A stretch of DNA of 64,000 bases from Gammaproteobacteria bacterium (GCA_965221955.1 CBDCTA010000022.1:64001-128000); one strand, 5' to 3'; counted from the stretch's first letter, positions 1 through 10,103 are shown. Notes: generated by a model not told the origin, from the letters alone. Numbers and translations are program-made.

Positions 1-190
1 CTTGAATATCTGTATTCATAATGGCAAGAACACGTGAATGACCTTTTACTTGATCACCCAGCAAAGTTGCAAACGCAGTGCCAACTGGACCATCCAGCTC
101 ACCGATCACCACTTCTGGTTCTGCTGCCGTTCCTGGAGGTCCACCTGCAACGAGTGATTCGCCTACCCTCATAACTATTCTCTCTGACAT
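1..190 (-). CDS. fae: Formaldehyde-activating enzyme family protein (Fae paralogue), N-terminal part, runs off window
   Basis: Manual translation from ATG at 190: MSERIVMRVGESLVAGGPPGTAAEPEVVIGELDGPVGTAFATLLGDQVKGHSRVLAIMNTDIQ; the GE.LV...IG..G.P..TAF pattern of Fae; RBS AAGGAG upstream. Confidence 0.8.
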   Translation of the reverse strand, partial: MSERIVMRVGESLVAGGPPGTAAEPEVVIGELDGPVGTAFATLLGDQVKGHSRVLAIMNTDIQ

Positions 191-461
191 GAATTTAACT
201 CCTTAATTAAATCTTATGGATGCTGTTTTCTTATAGGTATAAAGGCGCGAGATTATACAGTAAAGAATTTAGAAAAATTTAAAAATTACCTATGGGTAAA
301 TAACTTTCCTTGAAGTATATTCATCGCCAAAAAATAGCCGTTTATTTCTAAAACCACTCAGTAAATGATTACTCAAAAAACAATTTTTCCATAGCTATAG
401 GGAAATTAATATTTATACAACTCTGCCGATAAGTTATTAATTCAGTCTATCAATTAACAAC

Positions 462-1937
462 ATGTCAATGAATATGAATAAAGCAATTACAGTTGCACTT
501 AGCTTTCTATTTATTCTAATCCCAGTAAGCGCATATGCAGCGGATGATTCACACAGCATTCAAAACTTTACCTCTCATTGGGCTGCAATTTTAGCCTTGG
601 TCATTTTTGGAGCTTCTTATTCACTGGTGATTTTAGAAGAACAGCTACACTTAAGGAAATCTAAACCCGTTTTAGTGTCTGCAGGAGTCATATGGCTGAT
701 CGTAGCCTTAGTTTATATAGCACATGACGACAAACACACCGCTGAAATACTCGTTCGACATAATATTTTAGAGTTTGCCGAGCTTTTCCTATTTTTATTA
801 GCGGCCATGACTTTCATCAATACCATGTATGAACGTGGCATATTTGACTGGTTACGTGCTTGGATGTTGAAAAAAGGATTCAGCTTACGGGGAGTATTTT
901 GGGCAACAGGTATTGTTTCTTTTTTCCTTTCACCTATCGCAGATAATCTCACCACAGCTTTACTTATGGCAACCGTGGCCATGGCTGTTGGAGGCACTAA
1001 CATCAAATTCATTAGTATTGCTTGCGTAAACATAGTTGTAGCTGCAAATGCTGGGGGTGCATTCAGCCCGTTTGGAGATATCACTACATTAATGGTTTGG
1101 CAAAAAGGGATTGTTGAGTTTCAAGAGTTCTTTGTTTTATTCATCCCATCAGTGGTGAATTGGATAATCCCTGCAGTAATTTTAAGTTTTTTCATATCAA
1201 ACTTAAAACCAGAAGGTGTTCATAAAAAAGTTGTAGTTCGGCAAGGTGCATGGATTGTAGTGATATTATTCTTACTAACAATTGTCATGGCCGTTAGCGC
1301 CCACAATTTCTTACATCTTCCTCCTGTTCTCGGCATGATGACAGGTTTAGGAATACTCAAGTTTTTCGGATACTACTTAAAAATGACAGACAAAGATTCA
1401 TTTGAAGGTGAAGGTATTGATGAGCTTGAAGACGAGGCATTAGATATCGAAGATGATGCAACGCCAGAAAATCATGGGCATAAAAGAAATAATGAAAAAT
1501 TTGATATTTTCAAATCGATTGAACGCGCCGAATGGGACACCCTCATGTTTTTCTACGGCGTGATTCTAAGTGTGGGAGGGCTAGGAGCATTAGGTTATAT
1601 GGCGCTTGGGTCTGAACTAATGTATGACGGTTTGGGCGCTACAAATGCAAATATCCTGGTTGGCTTTCTCTCGGCATTATTCGACAACATTCCAGTGATG
1701 TTCGCTGTGCTCGCCATGGAACCTGCGATGAGTCATGGGCAATGGTTGCTGGTGACTCTTACAGCAGGAGTAGGTGGATCTATGCTATCTATAGGATCTG
1801 CAGCAGGAGTGGCAGTAATGGGTCAAGCGCGTGGCATTTATACTTTCTTCTCACATTTGAAATGGTCTTGGGCCATTGCACTTGGCTATGCGGCAAGTAT
1901 ATGGGTTCATTTCTTAGTAAATAAAAGTTTGTTTTAA
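462..1937 (+). CDS. nhaD: Na+/H+ antiporter NhaD family
   Basis: EE.LHLRKSKPV, ADNLTTALLM, AANAGGAFSPFGDITTLMVW, DNIPVMFAVL motifs; many TM helices. Confidence 0.92.
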   Translation: MSMNMNKAITVALSFLFILIPVSAYAADDSHSIQNFTSHWAAILALVIFGASYSLVILEEQLHLRKSKPVLVSAGVIWLIVALVYIAHDDKHTAEILVRHNILEFAELFLFLLAAMTFINTMYERGIFDWLRAWMLKKGFSLRGVFWATGIVSFFLSPIADNLTTALLMATVAMAVGGTNIKFISIACVNIVVAANAGGAFSPFGDITTLMVWQKGIVEFQEFFVLFIPSVVNWIIPAVILSFFISNLKPEGVHKKVVVRQGAWIVVILFLLTIVMAVSAHNFLHLPPVLGMMTGLGILKFFGYYLKMTDKDSFEGEGIDELEDEALDIEDDATPENHGHKRNNEKFDIFKSIERAEWDTLMFFYGVILSVGGLGALGYMALGSELMYDGLGATNANILVGFLSALFDNIPVMFAVLAMEPAMSHGQWLLVTLTAGVGGSMLSIGSAAGVAVMGQARGIYTFFSHLKWSWAIALGYAASIWVHFLVNKSLF

Positions 1938-2101
1938 GTAACAAGGGATTGTTAGAAATGGTAAATATCGTAGAGAAGCCTATTAAAAGCGAAAGCTAGA
2001 TAGTTATTACACTCGCCCATCTATTAATAGTCAAAATTTAGTAGACTAAGATTATTGATTGCTTTGCTTCCAGGCTTAACTGTAGACTAATTCAGATCTA
2101 G

Positions 2102-3922
2102 CTATGCAGCTGTTTTACGACTCGCACGTTTTCTTTCATGCTCTTTTAAAAATTTCTTACGTAAGCGAATATGGTTTGGAGTTACTTCCACCAATTCATC
2201 TTCATCAATAAATTCAAGTGCTTGTTCTAAACTGTGTTCTATAGGCGGTGTTAAATTAATATTCTCATCACTTCCTGCTGCTCGAATATTGGTAAGTTGT
2301 TTAGCTTTTGTAGGATTGACGACTAGGTCATTGTCTCGACTGTGTAATCCCACAATCATACCTTCATAAACTTCAGTAGCAGGGTGTATAAATAAACGCC
2401 CCCTTTCTTGCAAGGCAAATAAGGCATATCCCAATGATTTACCTGACACCATAGAAACTAAAACACCATTCACTCTATCTGCTACCGGACCAGCCTTCAC
2501 GGCACCATAATGATCGAATACATGCGTCATAATTCCAGAACCGGAAGTAATCGTCATAAATAATGAACGGAAACCAATTAATCCACGTGCAGGCACAATA
2601 AACTCCAAACGCACTCGACCCTTACCATCTGGTTGCATATTTTTTATTTCTGCACGCCTCTCACCTAACTCTTCTAGCATCGAACCTTGGTGTTCCACAT
2701 CACAATCAATCACTAGCTGTTCATAAGGTTCGTGTAGTTCACCATTCACTTCTTTTTGAATTACCTCAGGGCGAGAAACTCCTAATTCGTATCCTTCTCT
2801 ACGCATGCTTTCAATTAATACACTTAAATGCAGTTCACCACGCCCAGAAACAATGAACTTATCTGCTGTTTCACCTTGCTCCACACGCAGCGCAACGTTA
2901 TGGATGAGTTCTTTATCTAAACGCTCTTTGATTGTGCGGCTTGTAATATATTTACCATCTTGCCCTGCAAATGGAGAATCATTAACTTGAAACGTCATGC
3001 TTACCGTGGGTTCATCTACAGAAAGTGCAGGCAGTGCTTCAACGCAATCGGTTGCACACAAAGTATCGGAAATATTTAACCCATCAATTCCTGTGATACA
3101 AACAATATCACCCGCTTCAGCTACTTCAGTTTCTACACGTTCTAATCCATGGTGCGTCATCACCGATAACACTTTACCGTTTCGAGTATTGCCTTCACGA
3201 TCCACAATCATAACTTGCGTGTTACGACCAAGCACTCCACGTGTAATACGCCCAACACCAATCACACCAACGTAACTGCTGTAATCCAATGCGCTGATTT
3301 GCATTTGCAGTGGACCTTCAGCATTTACTTTTGGCGCATGGACTTGTTCAAGAATTAAATCCAGCAATGGCGTCATGTCCTTTTGCAAATTATGCGCATC
3401 CGTACCGGCAATGCCCTCAAGCGCTGATGCATAGATGACTGGAAAATCAAGTTGCTCATCCGTTGCGCCTAAACGATCAAATAAATCAAACACTTGATCG
3501 ACCACCCAGTCAGGACGTGATCCATCACGGTCTACTTTATTCACCACAACAATGGGATGTAAGCCTTGCTCAAAGGCCTTTTGAGTAACGAATCGAGTTT
3601 GCGGCATAGGCCCATCAACCGCATCCACTAATAACAAAACACTATCCACCATCGACAACACACGTTCTACTTCACCACCAAAATCAGCATGCCCCGGTGT
3701 ATCTACAATGTTAATACGATGGCCTTTCCAGTGTAGTGCAGTGTTTTTTGCCAAGATGGTAATGCCTCGCTCACGTTCTTGATCATTGGAATCCATAATT
3801 CGCTCTGTTCCAACCGTTTTGCGATCCAAGGTTCCAGACTGCTCTAGCAATTTATCTACTAGAGTCGTTTTTCCATGATCAACGTGCGCAATGATTGCAA
3901 TATTTCGAAGAGATTCAGACAA
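2102..3922 (-). CDS. typA: Translational GTPase TypA/BipA
   Basis: [40 protein letters not shown]; likely start TTG at 3922. Confidence 0.97.
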   Translation of the reverse strand: MSESLRNIAIIAHVDHGKTTLVDKLLEQSGTLDRKTVGTERIMDSNDQERERGITILAKNTALHWKGHRINIVDTPGHADFGGEVERVLSMVDSVLLLVDAVDGPMPQTRFVTQKAFEQGLHPIVVVNKVDRDGSRPDWVVDQVFDLFDRLGATDEQLDFPVIYASALEGIAGTDAHNLQKDMTPLLDLILEQVHAPKVNAEGPLQMQISALDYSSYVGVIGVGRITRGVLGRNTQVMIVDREGNTRNGKVLSVMTHHGLERVETEVAEAGDIVCITGIDGLNISDTLCATDCVEALPALSVDEPTVSMTFQVNDSPFAGQDGKYITSRTIKERLDKELIHNVALRVEQGETADKFIVSGRGELHLSVLIESMRREGYELGVSRPEVIQKEVNGELHEPYEQLVIDCDVEHQGSMLEELGERRAEIKNMQPDGKGRVRLEFIVPARGLIGFRSLFMTITSGSGIMTHVFDHYGAVKAGPVADRVNGVLVSMVSGKSLGYALFALQERGRLFIHPATEVYEGMIVGLHSRDNDLVVNPTKAKQLTNIRAAGSDENINLTPPIEHSLEQALEFIDEDELVEVTPNHIRLRKKFLKEHERKRASRKTAA

Positions 3923-3997
3923 GATTGATGACTTCCAGAAAAAGACCTGCATCGAACAGGTCGTCTGCGAGGTGTGAAAAATGTTGTATTTGGCTAA

Positions 3998-4013
3998 GGC
4001 GCGCGATTATACC
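3998..4013 (-). promoter_or_regulatory. sigma70 -10 box with GC-rich discriminator upstream of typA
   Basis: Minus strand GGTATAATCGCGCGCC; similar TATAAT plus GC-rich discriminator arrangements near 250 (fae), 20247 (rph), 25347 (rpmE) and 54908 (cyt c5). Confidence 0.6.
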
Positions 4014-4089
4014 TTATGATAATCGAAAAAAAAACGCACTCAATAATGAATAGAAATGATGACTTTGAGGTACCGACACCCTAAAGCTT

Positions 4090-5490
4090 TTACACATGCA
4101 CCTTTATCCATTTATTTTGACGAAAAATAAGCAATGCAATAACGGCCATTAAGCTTTCTGCAAAAAAGATAGCCCAGAATACACCGTCTGGATGCTCAAG
4201 AAATTCCAACGAAAACCAATATGCAAATGGAATTTGAATCAACCAAAAACATATTATATTTATCCACGTTGGCGTATACGTGTCACCCGCACCATTAAAG
4301 GCTTGAATCATGGCTAATCCCAATCCATACAAGCCAAACCCATAACTTAAAATTCGTAAACATTTAGCCCCAATATCAACGACTTCTTTTTCATGAGTAA
4401 ATAACCCAATGATCAACTCTGGAAATACTATGAAAATAAAAGATATCAAAATCATTAAAGCGACATTGTATTTTGTAACTTGATAAACCGCTTGCTTTGC
4501 TCGTCCAATATTTTTTGCGCCCAAATTTTGACCCACTAATGTTGATACCGAATTACTCAAGCCCCATACGGGCATAATAATAAAATCAATCACGCGTATC
4601 GCTATGGTGTACCCCGCAAGAGCCGTACTGCCAAACTCTGCAATAATTTTCATTAAAAATATCCAACTTGATGTGGCAATGAAAAATTGCAAAATTCCAC
4701 CCAATGAGACTTTCACTAGTAGCGCTAACTCATCGAAAACGAGCGTTAGATCTTTAAACGCTAATTGAATTCTCGAAGAACCGTTATACAAACTATACGC
4801 AACATATACAATTCCGATACCCCGCCCAAATGTCGTGGCAATGGCGGCACCTTCCACACCCATTCTTGGAAATGGGCCTAATCCAAATATTAAGCACGGA
4901 TCTAAAAAAATATTGATAATGCTTGCAATCCAAATTGCTTTCATAGCAATAACTGGATTACCAGCACCTCTACATATTCCATTTAAAATAAAAAATAAAA
5001 GAATGGTTGCAGACCCGCCAAGCATAATAGCGGTATAACCATAATGTTCATTGATGATTGTTTTAGAAGCGCCCACGAATGACAAAATATCTTGTGCGAA
5101 AACGACGCCACAAATGCCAATCACAATAGAAAGCACAATACCTAGCAATATGGATTGTCCGGCTAATACTTTTGCGCGTTGTATTTCCTTTTCACCAATT
5201 CTTCTTGCAACTAATGCCGTTACAGAAATACTCAATCCAATCCCAATGGCATATAACAACGTAATCACTGCTTCAGTTATTCCAACCGTAGCAACCGCTT
5301 CAGTGCCCAGTTTTGCAACAAAGAAAATATCTGTAATCGCAAATAGCGCTTCTATAGAGGTTTCCAGCATCATCGGAATCGCAAGCAGCACTACCGCTTT
5401 ATTCAAAGGAATACGCGTATAATCGTAATCATCCCCTTGCAATGATGACTTAATAAGCCCCCACCAATTCATTTGATCAAGCGTGTTCAT
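4090..5490 (-). CDS. MATE family efflux transporter
   Basis: LAIPMML..., D.FFVAKLG..AVA.VG, RGAGNP, GVEGAAIAT, VGQNLGA; 12-TM two-repeat architecture. Confidence 0.92.
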   Translation of the reverse strand: MNTLDQMNWWGLIKSSLQGDDYDYTRIPLNKAVVLLAIPMMLETSIEALFAITDIFFVAKLGTEAVATVGITEAVITLLYAIGIGLSISVTALVARRIGEKEIQRAKVLAGQSILLGIVLSIVIGICGVVFAQDILSFVGASKTIINEHYGYTAIMLGGSATILLFFILNGICRGAGNPVIAMKAIWIASIINIFLDPCLIFGLGPFPRMGVEGAAIATTFGRGIGIVYVAYSLYNGSSRIQLAFKDLTLVFDELALLVKVSLGGILQFFIATSSWIFLMKIIAEFGSTALAGYTIAIRVIDFIIMPVWGLSNSVSTLVGQNLGAKNIGRAKQAVYQVTKYNVALMILISFIFIVFPELIIGLFTHEKEVVDIGAKCLRILSYGFGLYGLGLAMIQAFNGAGDTYTPTWINIICFWLIQIPFAYWFSLEFLEHPDGVFWAIFFAESLMAVIALLIFRQNKWIKVHV

Positions 5491-6398
5491 GATACTTTAC
5501 AACTTTTACTTTTAAATTCATTACGCGCATATAAACTGGAATACGACTTCTTACTAGGTAGCTCAAAAAGGGCTAAACCAAACAAAATTAATCCACCACC
5601 TATTAAAATTGACATCGATAGCGGTTCATTATTTAAATAGGCACCTAATAATAAAGCGCACACTGGGGTGATTAACGCGATGAGCGAAACTTTCACGGCA
5701 TTTAATCTATTCAAAATGTAGTAATACATTGAAAATCCTACCGCCGTTGCAATGGCACCTAAATACAAAATGGAGAGCGTTGATTGAACGCTAAAACCAC
5801 CAACGCTCTCACCCGAAAATAAAAAAGTCACAACGATTAAAGGCACGGCCACAAGCAAGCCTCCCAAGGTAGCCTGTGTGCCTGTAATAGATGCATTAAT
5901 TTTCTTCAGCAATACAGCACTAGTGGCATGGGCAATTGTGCTCATTAACATCGCAAACACACCTAGTAACGAATGAACACCCATTGCGGCACTGGTATGA
6001 AAAACTACAAATAGTCCTATCGTTCCAACAACCATTCCAAATGTTTTGTTTTTGGTGAAATGGTTTTCATTTAAGAAATAAATTGAAGCCACCCCAGCGA
6101 AAATTGGAGAAAAACCAAATATCACAGATATCCAGCCCGAAGGAATGTATTGAGCACTCCAATAAACAAGCGACATCGAAAAATAGATTCCTAAACCAGC
6201 CGTTAAATAGGCAACACACGCATCCATATTGAGATTTAGCTTTTGCTTTGTAACGGCAAATAATACGCACAACACAAGCAAACCGAGGCTCATACGAGAC
6301 ATCAGCCCAAATAGCATTCCTGATTGGATGCTCCATTGGATTGCGAGCGGTGTTGTACTCCAAATCACAATGACTGAAAGATAAGATGTTTTAACCAT
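5487..6398 (-). CDS. DMT/EamA family transporter
   Basis: IWSTTPLAIQWS and two EamA repeats; overlaps the MATE start (ATGA); start is ATG 6398 or GTG 6413. Confidence 0.9.
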   Translation of the reverse strand: MVKTSYLSVIVIWSTTPLAIQWSIQSGMLFGLMSRMSLGLLVLCVLFAVTKQKLNLNMDACVAYLTAGLGIYFSMSLVYWSAQYIPSGWISVIFGFSPIFAGVASIYFLNENHFTKNKTFGMVVGTIGLFVVFHTSAAMGVHSLLGVFAMLMSTIAHATSAVLLKKINASITGTQATLGGLLVAVPLIVVTFLFSGESVGGFSVQSTLSILYLGAIATAVGFSMYYYILNRLNAVKVSLIALITPVCALLLGAYLNNEPLSMSILIGGGLILFGLALFELPSKKSYSSLYARNEFKSKSCKVS

Positions 6399-6418
6399 AC
6401 GTTTACTTTTCACAAGAC

Positions 6419-6452
6419 AAAAAAAAGGCCGCTAGTATTACCTGCGGCCTTT
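6419..6452 (-). terminator. Intrinsic terminator (attenuator) directly upstream of the EamA gene
   Basis: Minus strand AAAGGCCGC-AGGTAATACTA-GCGGCCTTT with a T8 tract. Confidence 0.85.
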
Positions 6453-6475
6453 CGAAACTAATTCTTTGATTTAGC

Positions 6476-6559
6476 TCAACATAAACACACAGGCAAGGAA
6501 ATATCTGGGCGAACTACCAGATTCCAAGTCACTTTTAGTTTTGTAGTTGAAATAATCAT
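6476..6559 (-). CDS. Putative leader peptide (27 aa) MIISTTKLKVTWNLVVRPDISLPVCLC
   Basis: ATG 6559 to TGA 6476, between a promoter and the attenuator hairpin; the 3' part can pair with the terminator. Confidence 0.65.
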   Translation of the reverse strand: MIISTTKLKVTWNLVVRPDISLPVCLC

Positions 6560-6566
6560 GGCGCGA

Positions 6567-6594
6567 ATTCTACATTTACATAATGCTAAGTCAA
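6567..6594 (-). promoter_or_regulatory. sigma70 promoter TTGACT-N16-TAGAAT driving leader/EamA/MATE
   Basis: Minus strand TTGACT TAGCATTATGTAAATG TAGAAT TCGCGCC ATG; the ATG lies 7 nt after the -10 box. Confidence 0.7.
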
Positions 6595-6869
6595 TACGGG
6601 TTTCAAAGAATTTAAGTAGATTTAGACGAGTGGTTAATCATTTGTGACAATGGATATGTGCAATCAAGTTAATAGGTCACGACACGAGAATTTTCAGAGT
6701 CATTGGTGAATATCTTCACCTTATAAAACCAGTTACTTACGATGCTTCCTACACTTAAGTGTGACACTAATGCCAAATCGTTAATTTATTTAGCAAGACT
6801 TCAGCTTTAAAATTACTAAAAATCTTCCCCGCAATATCTTTTATATATAAGTAAGTGACTATTTATATT

Positions 6870-7748
6870 TTAGAATTTTTGTTTACTCAAATAATCAAAT
6901 AAAAAGTTGCTAAATGTCTTGATACGTACCACATGGCGTAAATCTGGATGATTAAGTATCCATAATTCAGCATGAAATTCAGGATCGGTTTTAAAAAGCC
7001 GCTGTAAATTATGATCTGTGTAATCTGAAGGTAGCAATGCAATTCCTAAACCTTGTGCGCATAATGCTGAGATGGTGCTCATATCACTTGCTGTACTTAC
7101 AAAATTTTCAGAATCATAAGTTTTTGAAAACCATTTATATGCATCGACTCGTTGTAAAAATTCATCAGCCCCAACTAATTTGTGATGAGCTAAATCTTTC
7201 ATTTTTTTTGGCCGACCATGCTTAGTGATGTACTGCTTACTTGCATAAACATGCCAGTCTAAATTACATACCTTACGCCCGATTAAATATTCAGGTGGTG
7301 AGGTAGTAGCACGTAAAGCCAAGTCTGCCTCCCTTCGAGATAAATCATGTTCTGCATCACTAACAATTACATCAATCTTGATTCCACAATGTTTTTCTCT
7401 GAACTTTGCTACACATGGCACTAAATACTTTATGGCGAGTGTTGCAGGTGTCGTGATACGAATTTCACCAGATAATTGATAATCTTTTCCCGCAACTGTG
7501 CGTTCAAAACTGTGTATTGAGCTTTCTGCCAAACGTGCATGCTCTATAACTGATGCTCCTGCCTCAGTCAGTGAATACCCATCAGGTAAACGGTCAAATA
7601 AACGAAGACCTAGCTTTTCTTCAAGCGTATTAATACGGCGAAATACCGTCGAATGATTTACAGAAAGCTTAGAAGCAGCGCCCGTAAGAGTCCCACTATC
7701 AGCTACCGCCAGAAAATATGGAATATCATTCCAATCAATCATTTGCAT
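6870..7748 (-). CDS. LysR family transcriptional regulator
   Basis: DWNDIPYFLAVA..GTLTGAA..L.VNHSTVFRRI..LEE.LG..LF HTH; substrate domain DLSRREADLALR. Confidence 0.95.
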   Translation of the reverse strand: MQMIDWNDIPYFLAVADSGTLTGAASKLSVNHSTVFRRINTLEEKLGLRLFDRLPDGYSLTEAGASVIEHARLAESSIHSFERTVAGKDYQLSGEIRITTPATLAIKYLVPCVAKFREKHCGIKIDVIVSDAEHDLSRREADLALRATTSPPEYLIGRKVCNLDWHVYASKQYITKHGRPKKMKDLAHHKLVGADEFLQRVDAYKWFSKTYDSENFVSTASDMSTISALCAQGLGIALLPSDYTDHNLQRLFKTDPEFHAELWILNHPDLRHVVRIKTFSNFLFDYLSKQKF

Positions 7749-7798
7749 TTATGCAAGTTAATTTTGCATATTTTGCTAATTTACTTGCGTATATGCAA
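7743..7798. promoter_or_regulatory. Three palindromic operator boxes at 21-bp spacing (probable LysR sites)
   Basis: TTGCATTTATGCAA 7743, TTGCATATTTTGCT 7764, TTGCGTATATGCAA 7785 in the divergent promoter. Confidence 0.65.
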
Positions 7799-7843
7799 GA
7801 ACTATTCTAGCACCAGTTCCACTACTCACAACGGAGAAACATT

Positions 7844-8344
7844 ATGAACCGATTGGAACATGCGAATTTAGTGGTTAAAGACATCAAAGCGACATTGGAA
7901 TTTCTCCAAACGGCATTTCCAGATTGGCGTGTACGAGGCCAAGGTGAAAATTCTTGGAATGGTAAAGCAAGACGCTGGTTGCACGTAGGAGATGACAACT
8001 ACTACATAACGTTGAACGATGGTGCCGAAGGTGAGATTCGAGACTTGACTGGACATACACCAGGACTTGCTCATTTAGGATTCGCGGTTGATGATGCAGA
8101 TGCAATCGTTGCACGCTTAGAAGCCAAAGGATTTTCAGTTCGAGTTAAAGACACAGAACATCCTTTTCGCAAAACATATTATTTTATTGATCCTGCTGGA
8201 TTCGAGTTTGAGTTTATGCAGTATTTAAGTGATAACGATGAAGAGCGAAATCAATATGTACCAGCCGGAACCACAAATGTAGATCCCAAATATGTAAAAC
8301 AATCTTCTAATACATCTGATGCTTATACGGAGGCCACGCTATGA
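7844..8344 (+). CDS. VOC/glyoxalase family protein
   Basis: RLEHANLVV, GLAHLGFAVDD, YFIDPAGFEFEF. Confidence 0.88.
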   Translation: MNRLEHANLVVKDIKATLEFLQTAFPDWRVRGQGENSWNGKARRWLHVGDDNYYITLNDGAEGEIRDLTGHTPGLAHLGFAVDDADAIVARLEAKGFSVRVKDTEHPFRKTYYFIDPAGFEFEFMQYLSDNDEERNQYVPAGTTNVDPKYVKQSSNTSDAYTEATL

Positions 8345-8742
8345 ATCAATACACAATGAATGAATATGGAGCGTTAATTCTGCGAGTCAGCTTGGGAGTG
8401 ATTATGCTTGCGCATAGTGCATATTTGAAATTAATTGTATTTAGTTTACCTGGCACTGCACAATTTTTTACCTCAATAGGATTGCCAGGGCCATTAGCAT
8501 ATTTGGTCTTCACTGTAGAAACGCTTGGAGGATTAGCTTTAATTTTAGGTTTCTATACACGGTATGTTGCTATCGCTTTAATCCCTATAGCACTAGGCGC
8601 TACATGGGCACACTTTGGATTTGGGTGGGTATTTTCCAATCAAGGCGGCGGTTGGGAGTACCCGATGTTTCTCGCTATAACATTATTAGTTCAAAGTCTA
8701 ATTGGCACGGGTGCGCATTCAATTCAAAGAGCTAAAAACTAA
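8341..8742 (+). CDS. DoxX family membrane protein
   Basis: LILRVSLG, GTAQFF.SIGLPG, GGGWEYP. Confidence 0.9.
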   Translation: MNQYTMNEYGALILRVSLGVIMLAHSAYLKLIVFSLPGTAQFFTSIGLPGPLAYLVFTVETLGGLALILGFYTRYVAIALIPIALGATWAHFGFGWVFSNQGGGWEYPMFLAITLLVQSLIGTGAHSIQRAKN

Positions 8743-8757
8743 TCGAGGTTTACAACG

Positions 8758-9495
8758 ATGAATACAAGCTCAAAAATATTATCTGCTAGAGAAACCATGG
8801 AAGGTAAAGACGCAAAGGTAAAACGATTATTTCCTATTCGATCTAGTCTTATGAATTATGATCCATTTGTTCTTTGGGATCATTTTGAGATTGCGCCTGG
8901 AATGGGTTTTCCTGAGCATCCGCATCGTGGCTTTGAGGCGATTACATATTTATTTAGCGGTGGAGTTGAACACAAAGATAACCTCAATAATCAATCAACA
9001 GTATATGCAGGTGGCGCACAGCGATTCACCGCAGGCAGAGGGATTGTTCATTCTGAAATGCCAATTGAAAATGTTACAAGTACAGGAATACAACTGTGGA
9101 TTAATTTGCCACAAAAATTAAAACAAATTAATCCATCCTATCAACAAGTAGATTCAGAGAATATGACTGAAAAAAATGATGAAGGTGTTCGTATAAAAAC
9201 TATTGTTGATGATGATAAAGGAATATCGTTACACACATCTGTGCAATTTTTAAATGTTATTTATGAAAAAGATACACAGCACACATTTGACATTTTACAC
9301 AATCATCGTGGGTTTGTTTATGTAGTTGATGGGGCTGTGATAGTTGATGGAATGGAAATTTATTCAAGCAATGCATATTTATTTGAAAAAATAGAAAAAT
9401 TAGAAGTAAAAGGTAATGAAAATACACATCTTATGTTGGTTAGCGGGGTACCTCATAACGAACCTATTTATCAACATGGCACATTTGTTGACTAA
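8758..9495 (+). CDS. Pirin family protein
   Basis: DPFVLWDHF, GFPEHPHRGFE, TAGRGIVHSE, QLWINLP. Confidence 0.93.
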   Translation: MNTSSKILSARETMEGKDAKVKRLFPIRSSLMNYDPFVLWDHFEIAPGMGFPEHPHRGFEAITYLFSGGVEHKDNLNNQSTVYAGGAQRFTAGRGIVHSEMPIENVTSTGIQLWINLPQKLKQINPSYQQVDSENMTEKNDEGVRIKTIVDDDKGISLHTSVQFLNVIYEKDTQHTFDILHNHRGFVYVVDGAVIVDGMEIYSSNAYLFEKIEKLEVKGNENTHLMLVSGVPHNEPIYQHGTFVD

Positions 9496-9509
9496 CTTTG
9501 GAGCACACA

Positions 9510-10103
9510 ATGACTAAACAAGCCAATACAGACTACCCAATCCATGAGCTAATTGTTAATCGCTGGAGCCCATATCAATTTGCTGATCGTACTGTGTCAA
9601 AAGAAGATTTGCTTTCATTATTTGAGGCAGCACGTTGGGCTCCTTCTTCATATAACGAACAACCCTGGCGTTTTATTGTAGCCACTCAGAAACAGTCCAA
9701 AGAATTTGAAAAATTATTATCTTGCTTGGTACCTGCAAATCAAGAGTGGGCAAAGAATGCTAGTGCACTTGCACTTGGTGTGTCGCACTTAGTTTTTGAT
9801 CGAAATGGGAAAGAAAATAAAGCTGCCATTTATGATTTAGGAGCAGCAGTTTCTCATTTAACGTTTGAAGCAACCACAAGAGGAATATCTGTACATCAAA
9901 TGATTGGAATTGAACCCGCTAAAGCAAAAAAAGTGTACAACATACCTGAAAACTTTGAAGTGGTTACTGCATTCGCAATTGGATATTCAGATTTAAGTAA
10001 TCAAGGTTTGAAAGAATTAGCAGAACGTGATCAAACACCTCGACAAAGAAAAAAGGTATCCGAGTTTTTATATTCAAATGATTGGTCTTTACCTTTCACA
10101 TAA
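9510..10103 (+). CDS. Nitroreductase family protein
   Basis: RWSP..F, LFEAARWAPSSYNEQPWRF; likely start ATG 9510. Confidence 0.92.
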   Translation: MTKQANTDYPIHELIVNRWSPYQFADRTVSKEDLLSLFEAARWAPSSYNEQPWRFIVATQKQSKEFEKLLSCLVPANQEWAKNASALALGVSHLVFDRNGKENKAAIYDLGAAVSHLTFEATTRGISVHQMIGIEPAKAKKVYNIPENFEVVTAFAIGYSDLSNQGLKELAERDQTPRQRKKVSEFLYSNDWSLPFT

